Shown here: piece by piece, positions 12,771 through 26,183 of the stretch
Position numbering within the stretch: position 1 is the stretch's first letter
Layout: every line of letters begins with the position of its first letter
DNA from: Marsupella aquatica
Taxonomy: Eukaryota > Plantae > Marchantiophyta
Length of the DNA: 64,000 bases
Assembly: GCA_973895155.1 (NCBI GenBank)
Contig: OZ316896.1
Coordinates: 19,208,754-19,272,753 of the forward strand
Direction: 5' to 3'
Notes under the pieces: generated by a model
What the model was told of the DNA's origin: nothing
Seen by the model: the letters and a program-made list of their open reading frames with translations, nothing else
The model's database searches: none
Program-made: the position numbers and the translations under genes

Positions 12771-14004
12771 AACTATGAGAGTGCATAGTCGAAGTTCATC
12801 AGTCTACTGCGCGTTTCGAGGTCCAGCTCAATTCGATGGAGGACAACAACAATAATGTCGCCTGGAGTGCTGCGAACTTCCGCCCGCGTTGCTGAAGAGT
12901 CTTAGGTGGACTAGAAGGTCAAAAGATGTCGGAGGCTGGCGGAGCACTGTGGAATCATTTCATCCAGTTTTTGGCTCCACACTTTAGAGTAAAGATCGAG
13001 TCGATGTTGTGCTCGGGGCATCCGCCTTACCTGTCAGGATTCGGCCGGGCTGGCGCAGCATCGAGACTCTCACTGGAGCTGCTGGTCAATTGTTTAAACA
13101 ACTGGGTCCCCCAAGGCCAATCCCGGTCACAGCGAGCTGTGTCCTTTCCTCCGGAGGGGAAGCTTCATAAACAAAGGGTTGACAGGCCCGTCAAGAGGGC
13201 AGAAAGGAGAGACGGATACCTCGCTGCATCTGGAGCTTTCAGTTCGGTGATTTCTGTGGGAGGAGAAGCTTATCATTGGAGAAATAGATTTGAACTGTCC
13301 TTTAGAAGGAGCTTCCGACAATTCTGAGCTGGTTTCATATTCAGAACGGGTAGGATTCACAAGCTCAGACCTCCCATCTTGTGCGATTGGCCTTGATGTA
13401 TCTTTGGATCCTTAGCCTAGTCGCCCCTCTTGTGGGGATGGGGATTAATTTCATTTGTCCTGTGTGTTGACATTGGAATGACCGGTGTATTTGTTGGTTA
13501 TGGATAGGACGAAGACAGGTGACTTGGCAGGCTGAAGAGGAGAGTACAAGCAACCAATTTGTTTCCGCCGTCCAAGCTCAACATCAAGTCCAACGCAAAT
13601 TCTTCGCCATGCGGCCGTCATAGCTCAACAGCTCAGCAACCCCCACTCTCCTCAATCGGGCCGTCTCATTCAAGTTCCTAGTACTACCAGACTGACGTCC
13701 ATTCCCCCATCCAAGCTTAATACCTGACCGCCCTACTGGGCAGAGGGCATTGAATGTGGAGGGAAATTATCATGCGTGTGGCAATTAGGTGCGATGTGGA
13801 ATTTTGTGGCATCCGCTCAGTAGCCAGGTTTTGGAAGCCTTGCTTGATCGACCATGTTATTTCGACTGGGATGATGCACCCTCGATTCATCCTACTAGAG
13901 AGCTGACGAGCAAGTTACAACGAAGGTTGTTTAACAGCTTAGCAGCCAGAGAGGAGGCAAGTCGGAAGTCAGTCTTGATCGCAAGAAAGGAGGAGGGTTG
14001 TGAC

Positions 14005-15561
14005 ATGAGAATGACGAGGAGGCGTTTCATTCTCTGCTTTACCTTGTTAACGCTGCTCATCAATGAGCAGTGCGAGGCATCTGGAGGGATGGGAGATGCC
14101 TTCGATAAAATGGATCCTCGTAAGTTGGCAGTCTGCCATGACAAGCTGGAAGAGTGGAACAATGTTAGCACGGCAGCACCGGAATCGCCTCCTTCGTTAG
14201 CGTCGGGCAATCGCTCAGCAGACTACTATATGAGAGGCAAGTGGAAGCCTATGCGTGGTGATTCCTCTTCTGTTGTAATTCCTTCATTTATCTCCGGCGA
14301 TCATGGGACGTTCCTTTTATACTCACCACGCGTAATGGGACTAGTGGAAGGGAAGGGAGGGCCCAGGATTCAAAATTTCAGTGGCAATTTGTATTTCCAG
14401 AGTAAGCAGAATCAGCTCAGAGGACCTCATGTGGCAGTGGCCGGTGTTTACAACAATGACTTGGGAGAGGCTTGCTTTGTTGGTTGCGTGCAACAACCTG
14501 TCCAACGATATCAAGCCCTAGCACCCACCACGGAAGTAACGCCAAACGGGACCAATTTGCGAAATGCGAATATATATGCTCTTCAGGTCAGCGATGAGGC
14601 TTGTATCGTTCGTGGGCTGTTGACTGCATCACGCGAGAAGGAGGGACGACGGAAAAGTGCCAGCGGAACTCTCTCGAGTCTCAGACTTCCCAATGAGACG
14701 GGATACTTCACAACAATGAGCTTGGATGGCAAAATAGTGTACACGAAGGATCAACGAAATCTTTATAGATGGGACCTTTTCGTGATGTTCACAATCTTTG
14801 CCGTCGAGGCAGTCATACTTATGTGGCAAATATTCCACAGCATAAGGTCTCCGTCGAGCTACTTCGTGTCAATGCTCATGATTCTGGTCCAGATTGTAGC
14901 CATGTGCTTCCTGTACATTTTTATCATCCTCCGCCCTTGGCGGCTGTATACTCTCAGGAGATTCAAGTACCTTCTGTCAGGTGTGCATGTCGCCCCCTGG
15001 CTGGTGCTGACCGTCGTCATCCTACTCAACGTTGTCTTCTTATTGGTGATTTTGAGAAAGAGACTGGTGGCCAAGCGGTTGAATGTGGTGGAGAGGCCAC
15101 AAGAGGTGCTTTTGGCCCTAATCTGCCTTGTCATCTATGCTCTCACTGGTGTGGGGGTATCCGCCCATAACTTTGAGACATATGTGCAGGTGGTGTGGTG
15201 CTGGTTTTTGCTCCCACAGGTCATTGCTAATGTGTTCTGGGACCTAAGGTTGAAGCCTTTGCATTGGGTCTATGTGGTGGGGGTGTCACTCTGCAGAATT
15301 ACTTACATCGGATTTAATGCTGCGAGGCCGACGATTTATGGATTCGACGACTTTAATGATTTCCCTCATGGCTGGTTTTGGGGAATCACGGGCACTGTGT
15401 CGATTTTCGGGTCTTATGCTCTTCTCCAGCAGCGCTATGGCGGCAGGGCATTCCTTCCTCAACGTTGGTTCGGGTATAAACAAATCCCCAGGTCAAAGGG
15501 CGAGGCCAACCACCAGGAGAACAATTTTGACTGGGACGACGACACAATGCTGGAACTTTGA
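14005..15561 (+). CDS. DUF2921-family multipass membrane protein (related to the TM region of FLY/TUL1-type E3 ligases, no RING), single exon, ~518 aa
   Basis: Signal-peptide-like MRMTRRRFILCFTLLTLLINEQCEA at ATG 14005. Luminal GVY...GEACFVGC motif, about 7 hydrophobic helices, FLLPQVIANVFWD..KPL...YVVG and LQQRYGGRAFLP motifs. Confidence 0.8.
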   Translation: MRMTRRRFILCFTLLTLLINEQCEASGGMGDAFDKMDPRKLAVCHDKLEEWNNVSTAAPESPPSLASGNRSADYYMRGKWKPMRGDSSSVVIPSFISGDHGTFLLYSPRVMGLVEGKGGPRIQNFSGNLYFQSKQNQLRGPHVAVAGVYNNDLGEACFVGCVQQPVQRYQALAPTTEVTPNGTNLRNANIYALQVSDEACIVRGLLTASREKEGRRKSASGTLSSLRLPNETGYFTTMSLDGKIVYTKDQRNLYRWDLFVMFTIFAVEAVILMWQIFHSIRSPSSYFVSMLMILVQIVAMCFLYIFIILRPWRLYTLRRFKYLLSGVHVAPWLVLTVVILLNVVFLLVILRKRLVAKRLNVVERPQEVLLALICLVIYALTGVGVSAHNFETYVQVVWCWFLLPQVIANVFWDLRLKPLHWVYVVGVSLCRITYIGFNAARPTIYGFDDFNDFPHGWFWGITGTVSIFGSYALLQQRYGGRAFLPQRWFGYKQIPRSKGEANHQENNFDWDDDTMLEL

Positions 15562-16519
15562 TATTCCTAAATGCCTCTTTTAAATATTTTCCATTCCCTC
15601 TGGTAACTGTCTTAGAATGCCAGTCGGCGAGGCTCATCGTTCAGCTTGTCATCGCTTGGAAGGCTGACAACAGAATCCACAGATTCTGTACATAGTCTCG
15701 GCAATAGAAGGGCTAGATGTCAGCTGTCTGTCAGGTCGTGTTTTGTGGGGCGACGAACAGGCAATTCATTTCCGGTCCAAGCTAGACATATCTGTTCCTT
15801 GTAAGATACAGTTTTGGAGAAGATTTTTCACAGTATACAGTCTAGTTTTGGTGGAGAAAATTCTCAGTCGTCGACAAGTCTCTCCGAACTTTACTTTATG
15901 TTGTAGCTTACGAGCTTCTATATATCGGTAAAAGATGTGATTACAGATGGGCACGATTTCATTAGCCCATTGTTGTACTCCTATAAATACAGTTCTTAAT
16001 GGAATCGGACTGGCACAATTTCTGCACCACTTGGCTTCTGGGTTGGTTTTCTTAAGCTAGCCTCTCCGGGAGGGCTCCCCGTTCACAGCTTGCACAACTA
16101 GCTATGAGCTTTAACCCCAATTCAGTCTTGTCCTTTGATGTCTGTAGGTTTTGGGAGACTACAGATGAGTTGCCAAGTGCATTCAGAGCTCATGACGTCC
16201 TGTCTGCAGAAGAGCTACGTTCAGCCTGGACAATCCTGCCTCTGGAAAATATTGCCCTCGGATTTACAAAGCAAGGTGCGACCTTCAGTGTAGTTATCGT
16301 GTAGCGTGTCATATTATTGTAAAAATTTACATAAGTAGGAGACCACCACTGTAGGAGAAATGCTGGACACCCCTGGAAAACAAGTTGGTCTTCTTGAGGA
16401 ATTTAGAATTTGATGTCATCTGGAGTGAACGCCCAGAAGAAGTCTTCTAGGGCTTTGTTTTCAATACCCAACGTGTCATTGCCTAGATTTTCGCAAAATA
16501 AAGACTCCCAGTCATCAGC

Positions 16520-17460
16520 ACACTTTTTTAGTGTTGCTTGGTGTCCACATTATGTACTGCAGATGTGCTCAGTGGAAATTCTTGAAATGTCCGGCAAACA
16601 GAATATTAGCTCTGTGACTCGTCCAATAATCCTTGTAGTTTTACTTCGTGTCCACATTATGTATAGCAGTATTGCTCGTCAGAAATATTGAAATGTCTAG
16701 CAAGCACAAATTTTGCTCTGTGACTCCTCAAGTTATTCTTTTAGCTTTGTCTGGTGTCCACACTATCTACTGCAGTTTTGCTCATCGGAAATTTCGAAAT
16801 GTCTTGCAAGCAGCTCTGTGACTCGTCAAGTTATCCTTTTAGCTTTGTCTGGTGTCCATACTAGCTTGTCGGAAATTTTGAAATGTCTCGCAAGCAGCAA
16901 GTTTGCTCTGTGACTCCCCAAGTTATCCTTTTAGCTTGGTTTGGTGTCCATATTATCTACTGCAGATTTTCTCAACGGAAATCTTCAAATGTCTCGCAAG
17001 CAGAATTTCGTTCTGTGACTCAAGTTATCCTTCTAGTTTGTGCCTGGTGTCCACAATATCTCCTGCAATTTTGCTCAAGGAAACTTTGAAATATCTAGCA
17101 AACAGAAATTTTGCGCTGTGACTCTAGTGATCGTTTAGTATTGATTGGTGTCCACATCATCTCCTGCAATTTTTGCTGAACGGAAGTTTTGAAATGTCCA
17201 CCAAACTGAAATTTTGAAATGGTCCACCAAACTGAAATTTTAAAATGTGACTCGAGTAATCCTTTTGGTTTTACTTGCTGTCCATACTGTCTACTTCAGT
17301 TTTGCTCAATGGTCATTTTAAACGTCTAGCAAACAGAAATTTTGCTGTGTGACTCGAGTAATAGTTATTTTGCTGTGTGACTCGAGTAATAGTTTTGCTC
17401 AATGTTCATTTTAAATGTCTAGTGGACAAAAAATTTGTTCTCTGACTTGAGTAATTCTTT
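16520..17460. repeat. Degenerate ~100-105-bp tandem satellite, about 9 units
   Basis: ggtgtccac...ttttgctc...gaaatgtct...ctgtgactc recurs near 16541, 16648, 16754, 16852, 16944, 17047, 17148 and 17279. Confidence 0.85.
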
Positions 17461-17462
17461 TA

Positions 17463-18073
17463 CACTATTCATGCCTAATTAGTGTTATGCCAAAATTAAT
17501 GTTAATCACACTAATTTATGTACTTGATCAGAAACAAAAGTAACACTATTTGGTGATTTTCATTTTTTTTTGGTTGGAATTTTTGTTTAAATGTTTTGTT
17601 CAACATATTACATATTACTATAGAGCATTTGGAAGTGAAAACTCTGTAATCATGGAGGGCTAGAGTATCTACTAGGGATTTGAGAGCTCCACAACATTTA
17701 CTCATGCAGGCAATAGTTTTTGGAGGTTTTATTTCACATTCAAGAGTAGAGTGTTAGGAGGTGTGGAGAGCTTTATAGTCATGGAGACTAAAGCAACCAT
17801 TAGGGATCTTTTCTGTCGGCTCACATTGAACTACCGCTCACATTGTGCAAATCAATCAATGTTAACCTGAATGAGAGTGGCAACTGAATACCCTAACACT
17901 GAATGAGAGGCCTGGTTACCAATAACACTTTGAGATCCCGTCATTCTGGCGCCACGCAATACGAGTCGAAAAGTCACGTGAATTAGTGTTTGTAACACTA
18001 TTTGACGAACACAGAATTAGTGTTTACTCAAAATTAGTGTCACACTAATTACAGTGTAATATTGCTTGTAGTC
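17463..18073. mobile_element. Possible non-autonomous CACTA-like remnant
   Basis: CACTA at 17463 and cttgtagtc (one mismatch from TAGTG) at ~18065-18073. aattagtgt/acactaatt motifs cluster near both ends in both orientations. No clear TSD. Confidence 0.3.
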
Positions 18074-18309
18074 AGCATTATCTATTGTAATGTTTTTACA
18101 TCTGCTTCTATTGAAATGGAAATGTTGAAATGGATAGCAAACAGATATTGTTCACTGTAACCTGCTCATGTAATTCATAAATGCCAACTCTGGGCAGAGA
18201 GACAAGCTACGTGAGGTTTCCTGTAATTTCGTCTCGAGAGTTTACAGTTCCTATCCTTGTACCTGACCACACATTTTCCTTCGCTGCTCCTTCTCTGTTC
18301 ATAACCCAT

Positions 18310-18820
18310 TTAACCAATACAATTCCCTGGCAAAGAGGCCCTAAAAATGCCCCAAGCCTGACCGGATAAACATAACATGGTCTAAAACTACCCGTGGCCA
18401 GATCCCAAGATCCCTTCACATGTACACGCACCACCAACAATGAGAAAGGCCATAAGTCTTACCAGCCGGCATAATATGACTATTGAGCTCCACTCCCCCA
18501 CTGCCATCTTGGTGGGTGTCCTGCAAGAGCTGTACAGCTTCAGTTGTGGCTCTTTCCAGCAGATCTGAGTATGCTTGAATGTTGGACGTAAGTCCATGCG
18601 GGTCCCTCGTGTAAAGGCCTCCAAAGACAACTCATTAGAGTTGTCCAAGGTTGGCCTAAGTGTTGCGTAAGTGTGTCGCCCACGTGGCTGGAGGAGAACT
18701 CCTGCAAGAAGGCTGCTCCGTGTACAGGTGCGGCGGCATTTAGGGTTTAACGCGCACCCACGGAAGTTCTCGACGTATTGTTGGGAGTATCCTCCTAGTT
18801 GGTCATATGGTAAGCATCAC
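18310..18820. repeat. Unit A of a diverged dispersed repeat (other copies ~29165-29420 and ~30008-30462)
   Basis: Shared blocks caatgagaaaggccataagt, gactattgag.t.cactcc, ctcctgcaa and agtatcctcct...tgg..aagca.cac. Confidence 0.8.
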
Positions 18821-19811
18821 GTATAGGATTAAGGGCTCTTCCCGTCCCATAATGGGGTATAGGGTCGAGCGTATGTGGAGGCCCCGTGGGTCATCTATTG
18901 CCCAAATATGGTGGTTCATTGTTCAACTATCAGCCATTATTTGTGCATTTTGGCTGTCTCATCGATTGCGCTGCAGTGTCCTTCGGACTTCTCATGTGGC
19001 CACGTCTTCAGTTGTGTGTGCGATGGAATATTGATGCAGAATTGGAGGTTGGCGAGCCGGAAGCATTGGAGGGCTTGGTCACTAGTCTGCATTCAAGCTT
19101 TCCATTGTTGTTGCCGTGATTTCATCTGCACAATGCTGCTGCCATCGATTCCTTAAGCGCCACTATTTTTATTCTGTTGATTTCATTTGCATGACGCTGC
19201 TGCCATCGATTCTTGAATTTCTATTGCCATTGAGTTCCTGCTGTAATTGCCGCGCGCTGCAATGGACTGATGAATGCGCAATTGCAAGTTGGTGAGCTGG
19301 AGGCATTGGAGGGACGGGCTGATGTTGTTCTTTCTAATCATTTGATTTTGTCATTGATTCTTGACACGAATCTTGCTCCCGGTTGCTATCGTCAATTGTT
19401 TGCTCACAACAGGAGGTCTGCAAGCAAGACGTGTTGGAGGGCCGGGTCACATTTTTTGTTGCTAGTTCTGTTCAGCTTTGCTGCTGCCATCGATCATTTT
19501 ATGCATGACATGATTGGCCTTTTTGCTGCCATGATTCATTTAGTGCTCCCGTCACTTCTGCCACCGATTATTTTAGACTGGTATTTTTGCGTGCGATTGC
19601 AGGTTGGCGAGTGTTGGAGAACTGCGCCACATTGTGCATTGTTGATGATCATAGACAAGCCACCGTTTAGCTTAGGAATCGAGTCAATGAAAGGCGCTGC
19701 CATCTCTGATGACACGATGAGTACTTGCTCGACTCAGTCCATGTTTAATGACAGCTGCTAGGCTGAGCTGCAGGAGTTGAATGCAAGCCTAGACAACTTA
19801 CATGTTGATGA

Positions 19812-20144
19812 TGTTGAACATAGACGACATTCGTAACAGCAAATCCAACGCACAATAGTCGACATAGAGAGATACGTGGTTCACCTCCACATGAGGCTAC
19901 GTGCACGGGAACACACAAGAGCTTTACTGCACTCTAGGCCGACCGGCCATACCAAGCATCCACAGCACAAACTCTCCCTATCTCTCAACTAGCTCCGTAA
20001 CAATGAGCCTAAGTTCCACCAGGGTCTGGCATCAGCCCTGGCTATATACACAATAGCACTACCACTAACATTAGCTAAGTCCTAACCCAAGTTAGCCTAA
20101 CTGTAGTTAGCTCATGAGTCACAAGACTAGAGCAATATCTAACA
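19812..20144 (-). repeat. Copia 3' LTR (333 bp)
   Basis: Matches 26184-26736 except about 7 transitions, an 11-bp indel and the MITE. Confidence 0.95.
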
Positions 20145-20351
20145 AACTCCCCATTGACTCTGGTCTTGGGGACTGAACTAAATGCAACCATATGGAATCC
20201 TCAGCGGGAAGTTCTAGACAATCACCAAACCAGGTCTCCCCCTAAAAACCACAAGGGTTAACTAAGGGTTAACTAGAACTAAGCCGTAGCCTAACAGGAA
20301 TACGTAATCCATATACAAATAGTCACACATTGCTAAATAACTCTACTTGCA

Positions 20352-23300
20352 CTACAACTGCAAAACTTGCAAAGTAGCACGGTGTCTTGAGAAACTCTCC
20401 AAAGGAATCACTTTGGTAAAGGCATCAGCGGGATTGAGCTTTCCATCAATCTTGACTAGCTCAAAAGTTTTATCAGACACTGCTTGCCTGATAAAATGGT
20501 ACCTGATATCAATGTGCTTTACCCTGCTATCCATCACCTGGTTAGCAGCCAAGTGAAGAGCACTCTGACTATCACAGTTTAGAGATATTTTGCCATGCTC
20601 TAAACCCATCTCCGCGATCAACTTATCTAACCAAATTGCTTCCTTTGTTGCTTCTGCTGCTGCAACATACTCTGCTTCTGTAGTAGACTGAGATATCACT
20701 TCTGCAAAGTAGATTTCCAATTGATACATCCTCCTCCAAGAGTGTATACAAACCCAGTTGTAGACCTCCTTGTATCCAGACAGCCTCCGTAGTCAGAATC
20801 TACATAGCCAACTAACGTTCTATCTGATCTGTTATCAAATAGTAATCCATAGTCTTGTGTTCTCCTTACATACCTGAGAATCCATTTCACACCTTCCCAA
20901 TGTACCTTCCTTGGATTTGACATGAATCTGCTAACCTTGCCCATCGCTAGGGCCAAGTCAGGCCTATTACAAGTCATCAAATACATCAAACTTCCTACTG
21001 CCTTCTCATAAGGAATCTTAGCCATCAGACCTTTCTCCACAACATCCATAGCAGAGAAAGCCGATGATAACTTGAAATGTGAAGCTAAAGAAATACTCAC
21101 TGGCTTACAGTTGTCCATGTTGAATTGTGCAAGTACTTTCCTCGCATACTGGCCTTGACTCAAGCACAACTGTCCAGTTTTAGAGTTCCCAAAAATCTCC
21201 ATCCCTAAGATCCTCTTGGCCTTACCAAGATACTTCATCCTGAATTCAACACTCAATTTTGCCTTGAGACTGTCAACCTCAGATTGATCTTTAGCCACAA
21301 TTAGCATGTCATCCACATAGATCACCAGAATGATGAAACCAAATACATCATTCTTAACTGATTTTGTATACACACAAGGATCATATACCATCCTTGTAAA
21401 ACCTTGAGCAAACATGAAATCATCAAACCACTTGTTCCACTGTCTGGGAGACTACTTCAATCCATACAAGGACTTGAACAATCTGCAAACTAAGTTCTCT
21501 TGGCCCTTCTTCATAAAGCCTAGTGGCTGTCTCATGAAGATCAACTCTTCCAAGTTGCCATAGAGAAAAGCAGTAACAACATCCATCCGATCCATTACCA
21601 GACCAAAAAATACAACAAGTTGACACAAGATCCGAATTGTGGAATACTTTGCCACCGGTGAAATGACCTCATTGTAGTCCACTCCTTTCTCCTGAGTGAA
21701 CCCCTTGGCAACAAGCCTTGCCTTGTAGATCTTATCTCCACCCTCTGAAGGACTGTCCTTCAACTTGTAAATCCACTTGCTATCCACCACTTGCTGACCT
21801 CTTGGAAGCTCCACCAGCTCCCATGTCTTGTTGTCACTCAAAGATTGCAACTCCCTCTGCATTGCTGCATTCCACTCATGCTTCTATTCTGAAGCACAAG
21901 CCTCACTGTACGAAGAAGACTCTCTTTCTTCCAAGATCAAAGCCATGTCATCATCATCAGGTGCAATGTCAATATCATTTAACTTAGATGAGTCTACCGA
22001 TTGACCATACCTAGTAGGAGCTCTAGTAGAACGACTGAAAGTTCTTTTAGTAGATGACTCAGGCTGATCTGCTGTTGCTGCTGGTTGAATTTGAGGTACC
22101 CCAACAACAATCTGCTCCTCTTGTTCCATCACAGGAACCAGCTCCAACCCCGGAGCTTCTCCATCTCTCCTGTCATGAACAACATCATGACTAATCTCCC
22201 CCTCAACCCGGTCCGGGATGGGAGATTTCCCCTTGTCAGTATGGGAGTCTTGAGAACTCTCCCCCTCCTTTGATGATCTAGACTCATTAAAGGACACATC
22301 TCTACTGATAATTAGCTTACAGGTTACTGGATCCCATAACCTATAACCCTTTACACCTTTATGATAGCCAAGGAAAATGCACTTCTTCGACTTGGACTCC
22401 AGCTTGGATCGAAGCTGGGAAGGTGTAAGCACATAAGCATCACATCCAAAAATCCTTAGATATGAGTAATCTGCTGGACGCCCGTACCTCATTTCAAATG
22501 ACGTCTTGAATCCAATAGAACTGGATGGAGAAAAATTTACCAAATAAGCTGTAGTCTTGACAGCTTCAGCCCAAAACTCATGTGGTAAGTATGATTGACT
22601 CAACATACTCCTCGAGCGGTCCAATAGTGTCCAGTTGATTCTCTCAAAAACACCATTCTACTGAGGAGTATAACTTGTTGTGAGATGGCGGGTAATCCCC
22701 TGATCCTTACAATACGTTCCAAATTCCCCGAAACTGTATTCACCGGCGTTATCAGATCAAAGATATCTCACCTTATTACCAGTCTGATTCTCTACTTGGG
22801 CTTTCCACTCCTTAAAAGTGACAAAAATATCAGACTTATTGTGTAGAAAGTATATCCACACATACTTTGAGTAATCGTCAATGAACGTGACATAGTATAA
22901 TCGTCTAGAATGCGAGGGAGTAGGGGCTGTACCCCACACATCACTATGTACATACTCAAGTACCTCCTTGCTGGTGTGAGTTCCAACTCCGAAGGGTTTC
23001 CTGTGCTGCTTCCCTAGCACACAATGCTCACAAAATTCCAACTTACAAGATTGCAAATTAGAAAGTAATCCTTTTTTCTGAAGAATAGCCAAACCTTTTT
23101 CACTCATGTGGCCCAAATGGAAGTGCCACAGTCGGGCCGTCTCCTCATGAGATAAGGTTACATTGGCTTTATCACAGACTACACTGCCCTCCAAAACGTA
23201 TAGATTGCTATGTCTCTTTCCTTTCAATACAACTTTAGTACCAGTTGAAACCTGAAGGACAGCATTAGCAGAGCTCCACTGATGACCATTTGCTTCTAAA

Positions 23301-24625
23301 ACTCCAAGTAAAATGAGATTTTTCATCATGTTGGGAATATGTCTCACATTCCTCAACGTTCTCACAGCACCATCAAACATCTGAAATCTTACAGATCCAA
23401 GTCCAACAACTTGACATGGGATTCTATTTCCCATCAACACTGACCCGTTGGAAACCGTGTAAGAACTGAAAAAATCTCTCCTAAAGCAAATGTGAAAAAT
23501 ACATGCACTATCTAGAATCCAGTCATCACTACCTGGATTTGACACTAAGTTGAGAGCATAACCTTGGCATCACAATATGTCATCATCATCGAGTAAATCT
23601 ACCTCATGCGAACTCGATGTCGCGTTAGCAGATGCAGTAGGGACCTTTACTCGACAATCCCTTTTCATGTGGCCAGGCTTGCCACAATTCCAACATGCAA
23701 GAGGCTTCCTCTCTTGCGATTTCCCTCTGGATTTAGATCTCCCTCGTGATGTAGATCTAAACCTGTTCTGCCCATGCGTGCACTGCGCTGCTCTCCTATG
23801 ATTCACGTTCAGCGTAGTGCCAGAAGAAGATGTTGTCTGTGATTGATCCAACTTCTTCTGAGCATCATCAGACAATAAAGAGCTCACCACTTCATTATAC
23901 GAAATGGACTTCAGATCTCTGTACAAGAGCACCTATTTCAAGCCCTGATATGACGGCGGTAAGGAGCTTAGCAGAAGCAAGGCCTTATCCTCATCTTCAA
24001 CTCCTTTTCCCAGGTTTGTCAGATCCACCGCTAGACTGTCAAACTCATCCAGATGATCCTGCATCTTGCTCCCTTCCTTGAGCCTGAGGCTCATCAAGAG
24101 AGACTTCTTGTACAGCCGGTCTGACGCATCTTCCCGGTAGTACTTCTCTCTTAGAGCCTTGAACAGTGATGTGCAATCCATATAATTATCCAGTTGCTTA
24201 ATGATGTGCGGCTTGAGATAAAGCATCACTGCATTAACAGCAATCACCTGCTCCTGTCTCCACTGTCTCACAGAAATCTCCTCCTCTCCATCATACTGCT
24301 CTTGCGAAGAAAGCAGATGAGCTAAGCCCATGGCCCGTAGAACACCCTTCACTTGCTTCTCCCAGAGCAAGTAATCAGTACGGCCATCGTACTTCTCCAC
24401 CTCAAACTTCACTCCTCCAAATCTAGCCATCTCCCTCTTCTTCCCAACTACCGACAGCTCTGGTAGTAATACAGCTTCCTCCACTGCACGCCGCACCGGT
24501 GATCGTACCATTGATACAAGTTCCTCCTCAAATGGTAGCAGCTCCTCCTCAGACTCTCTGTCTGATCGTCGCGATCCTGAAGCTCCACCGACGCCAATTC
24601 TTCCCGTATCCTCCGAGTCACTCAT
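20352..24625 (-). pseudogene. Copia gag-pol polyprotein with several in-frame stops and one frameshift near 20700
   Basis: VKFEVEKYDG (gag), CWNCGKPGHMKRDC, WILDSAC (protease), LWHFHLGH...CEHC and YVHSDVWG (integrase), YKARLVAKG and YVDDML (RT), VDSDYGG and STTEAEY...KHIDIRYHFIR (RNase H). Confidence 0.95.
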
Positions 24626-26169
24626 ATAAAACAATCATGAAAAAACATCTTTTTTTTGAAACTTCTCATAAAACTCAAAACTCAATACCGCCGCGTAGCC
24701 CACGAAGCTAGGAGTCCAATACTGAAAGCCAAAATCAAAATTGAAATTTGACGGAAAAGTTATTCAAATTTTGGTCGGGGTGGGTAAAACCTTGGAAAAC
24801 TCCCCCGTTTTGACCACCTCAGAGAATAACCAAAATACCCAGTACAACCCGTCGTCAAAATTGCAATGTGATCAGTGCGCCGCGTTGCCAACTCCAGTGG
24901 CAACATCCTCGCCAAAAAAGAATCAAAAAAGTTACCGTTCGGCAGACAGAATCTTTGTCGAACGGCCGAAAAACAGCTCTCTGTTTTTTGGGAATATTCC
25001 TGCACAGTCCGACAGGTCTCACAGCGGGCCGTTCCCCCTGTCCAAGCGGTTAAAATGGAGGGCGGCAGGTCCAGGCACAAGGAGAACAAGAAGGAGGGAG
25101 AAAAAGTTTAAAAAAAGGCCCTTAAAGGGGGTGTTAAGCCCCTTAAAGCCAAAAATACCAGTATAAAAAAGGCGCAAAGGGGGAGCACGCGGGTCGGGTG
25201 GTACGCCCGGGGGGTACAAGAGCGGTTGTGTACGCAGCCGCGTACGCCGGTGTACAGGGGTAAATGGGGCCTTGCCTGTGCAGGGGGCGTGAGGCGAGAA
25301 TGGGCCGGGAGGGGCTAGCCGGGGTGCGCGCCAGCCAGCGCTGCGGACCCCGCCTGAAAAATGGGGTGCGGGGGGGGGGCGGCGTACAACCTGGTACTTG
25401 AGGCCAGGTTTGAGGTGTGTGTATACACCTCGTATACACACACAAAGGGGCCCAATTTAACCCCTAAAAAGCCAAAAATTACTCCCCCGGGAAAAAAGAA
25501 GAAAAGACTCACCTAATGGCCACCAATTTAAGTGAAGAAAGTGAACGCCGCCGACGGGAAATATTTTTGAATTTCACCGACACAGTCTGTAGCTCCAGTA
25601 GAGAAAAAAAATTCTGCCACATCGCCTTCACTCCGCGTCAAGTGCCAATCCCGGGCTCAAAATGACCGTCTCGCTGTGATCAAACCGTTGAGCCGTAGCA
25701 CTTTGCGTTTCTTCCACCGAGTCGGACGTCACGAGGAGTAACCTGGTTCAGATATGAACAAGCTCCATAGCTTGTGAAAAAACTTGAACGCCTCCTTACT
25801 CGTCACAACGCACTCGGTCACAACTCGACAGCAACTCAGCTACCAAAACAACCAGCTTGCTTCAACCTTCAACTTGAGCTATAATGTGCGATCCCTCCCG
25901 CACCGCACAACTCACACCGTTGAAAAACGCAAACTCAGGTCTCTCCCCCAAAATACCGTCGAACACGAATAAACCCTAAACGACGCAACTTCAATTCCTC
26001 TGCACCACGGATACCGATCAACGAGTTCTAACCACTGTTAGAAAGCCCTCTCACTAACCTATCCGCACAGCCACACACATTCGAGTTTCATGCGACGAAA
26101 CTCCGAATGTACCATCGACAATGAACGCTGGAAACCTGTCACAAAAAAACCTCGTCACCTCCCAAGCAT

Positions 26170-26181
26170 GCTCTGATACCA
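26170..26181 (-). promoter_or_regulatory. Primer binding site, initiator Met tRNA
   Basis: gctctgatacca on the + strand equals TGGTATCAGAGC, 2 nt inside the 5' LTR. Confidence 0.93.
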
Positions 26182-26183
26182 CT

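Noticed and set aside
12780-13600. GC-richer stretch with ORFs 12926..13327 and 13127..13360
   Set aside because: No recognisable motif or consistent exon chain in either direction.
13789-14004. N-terminal 72 codons of the 590-aa ORF
   Set aside because: Starts at GTG. The ATG at 14005 precedes a signal-peptide-like segment and is the more plausible eukaryotic start.
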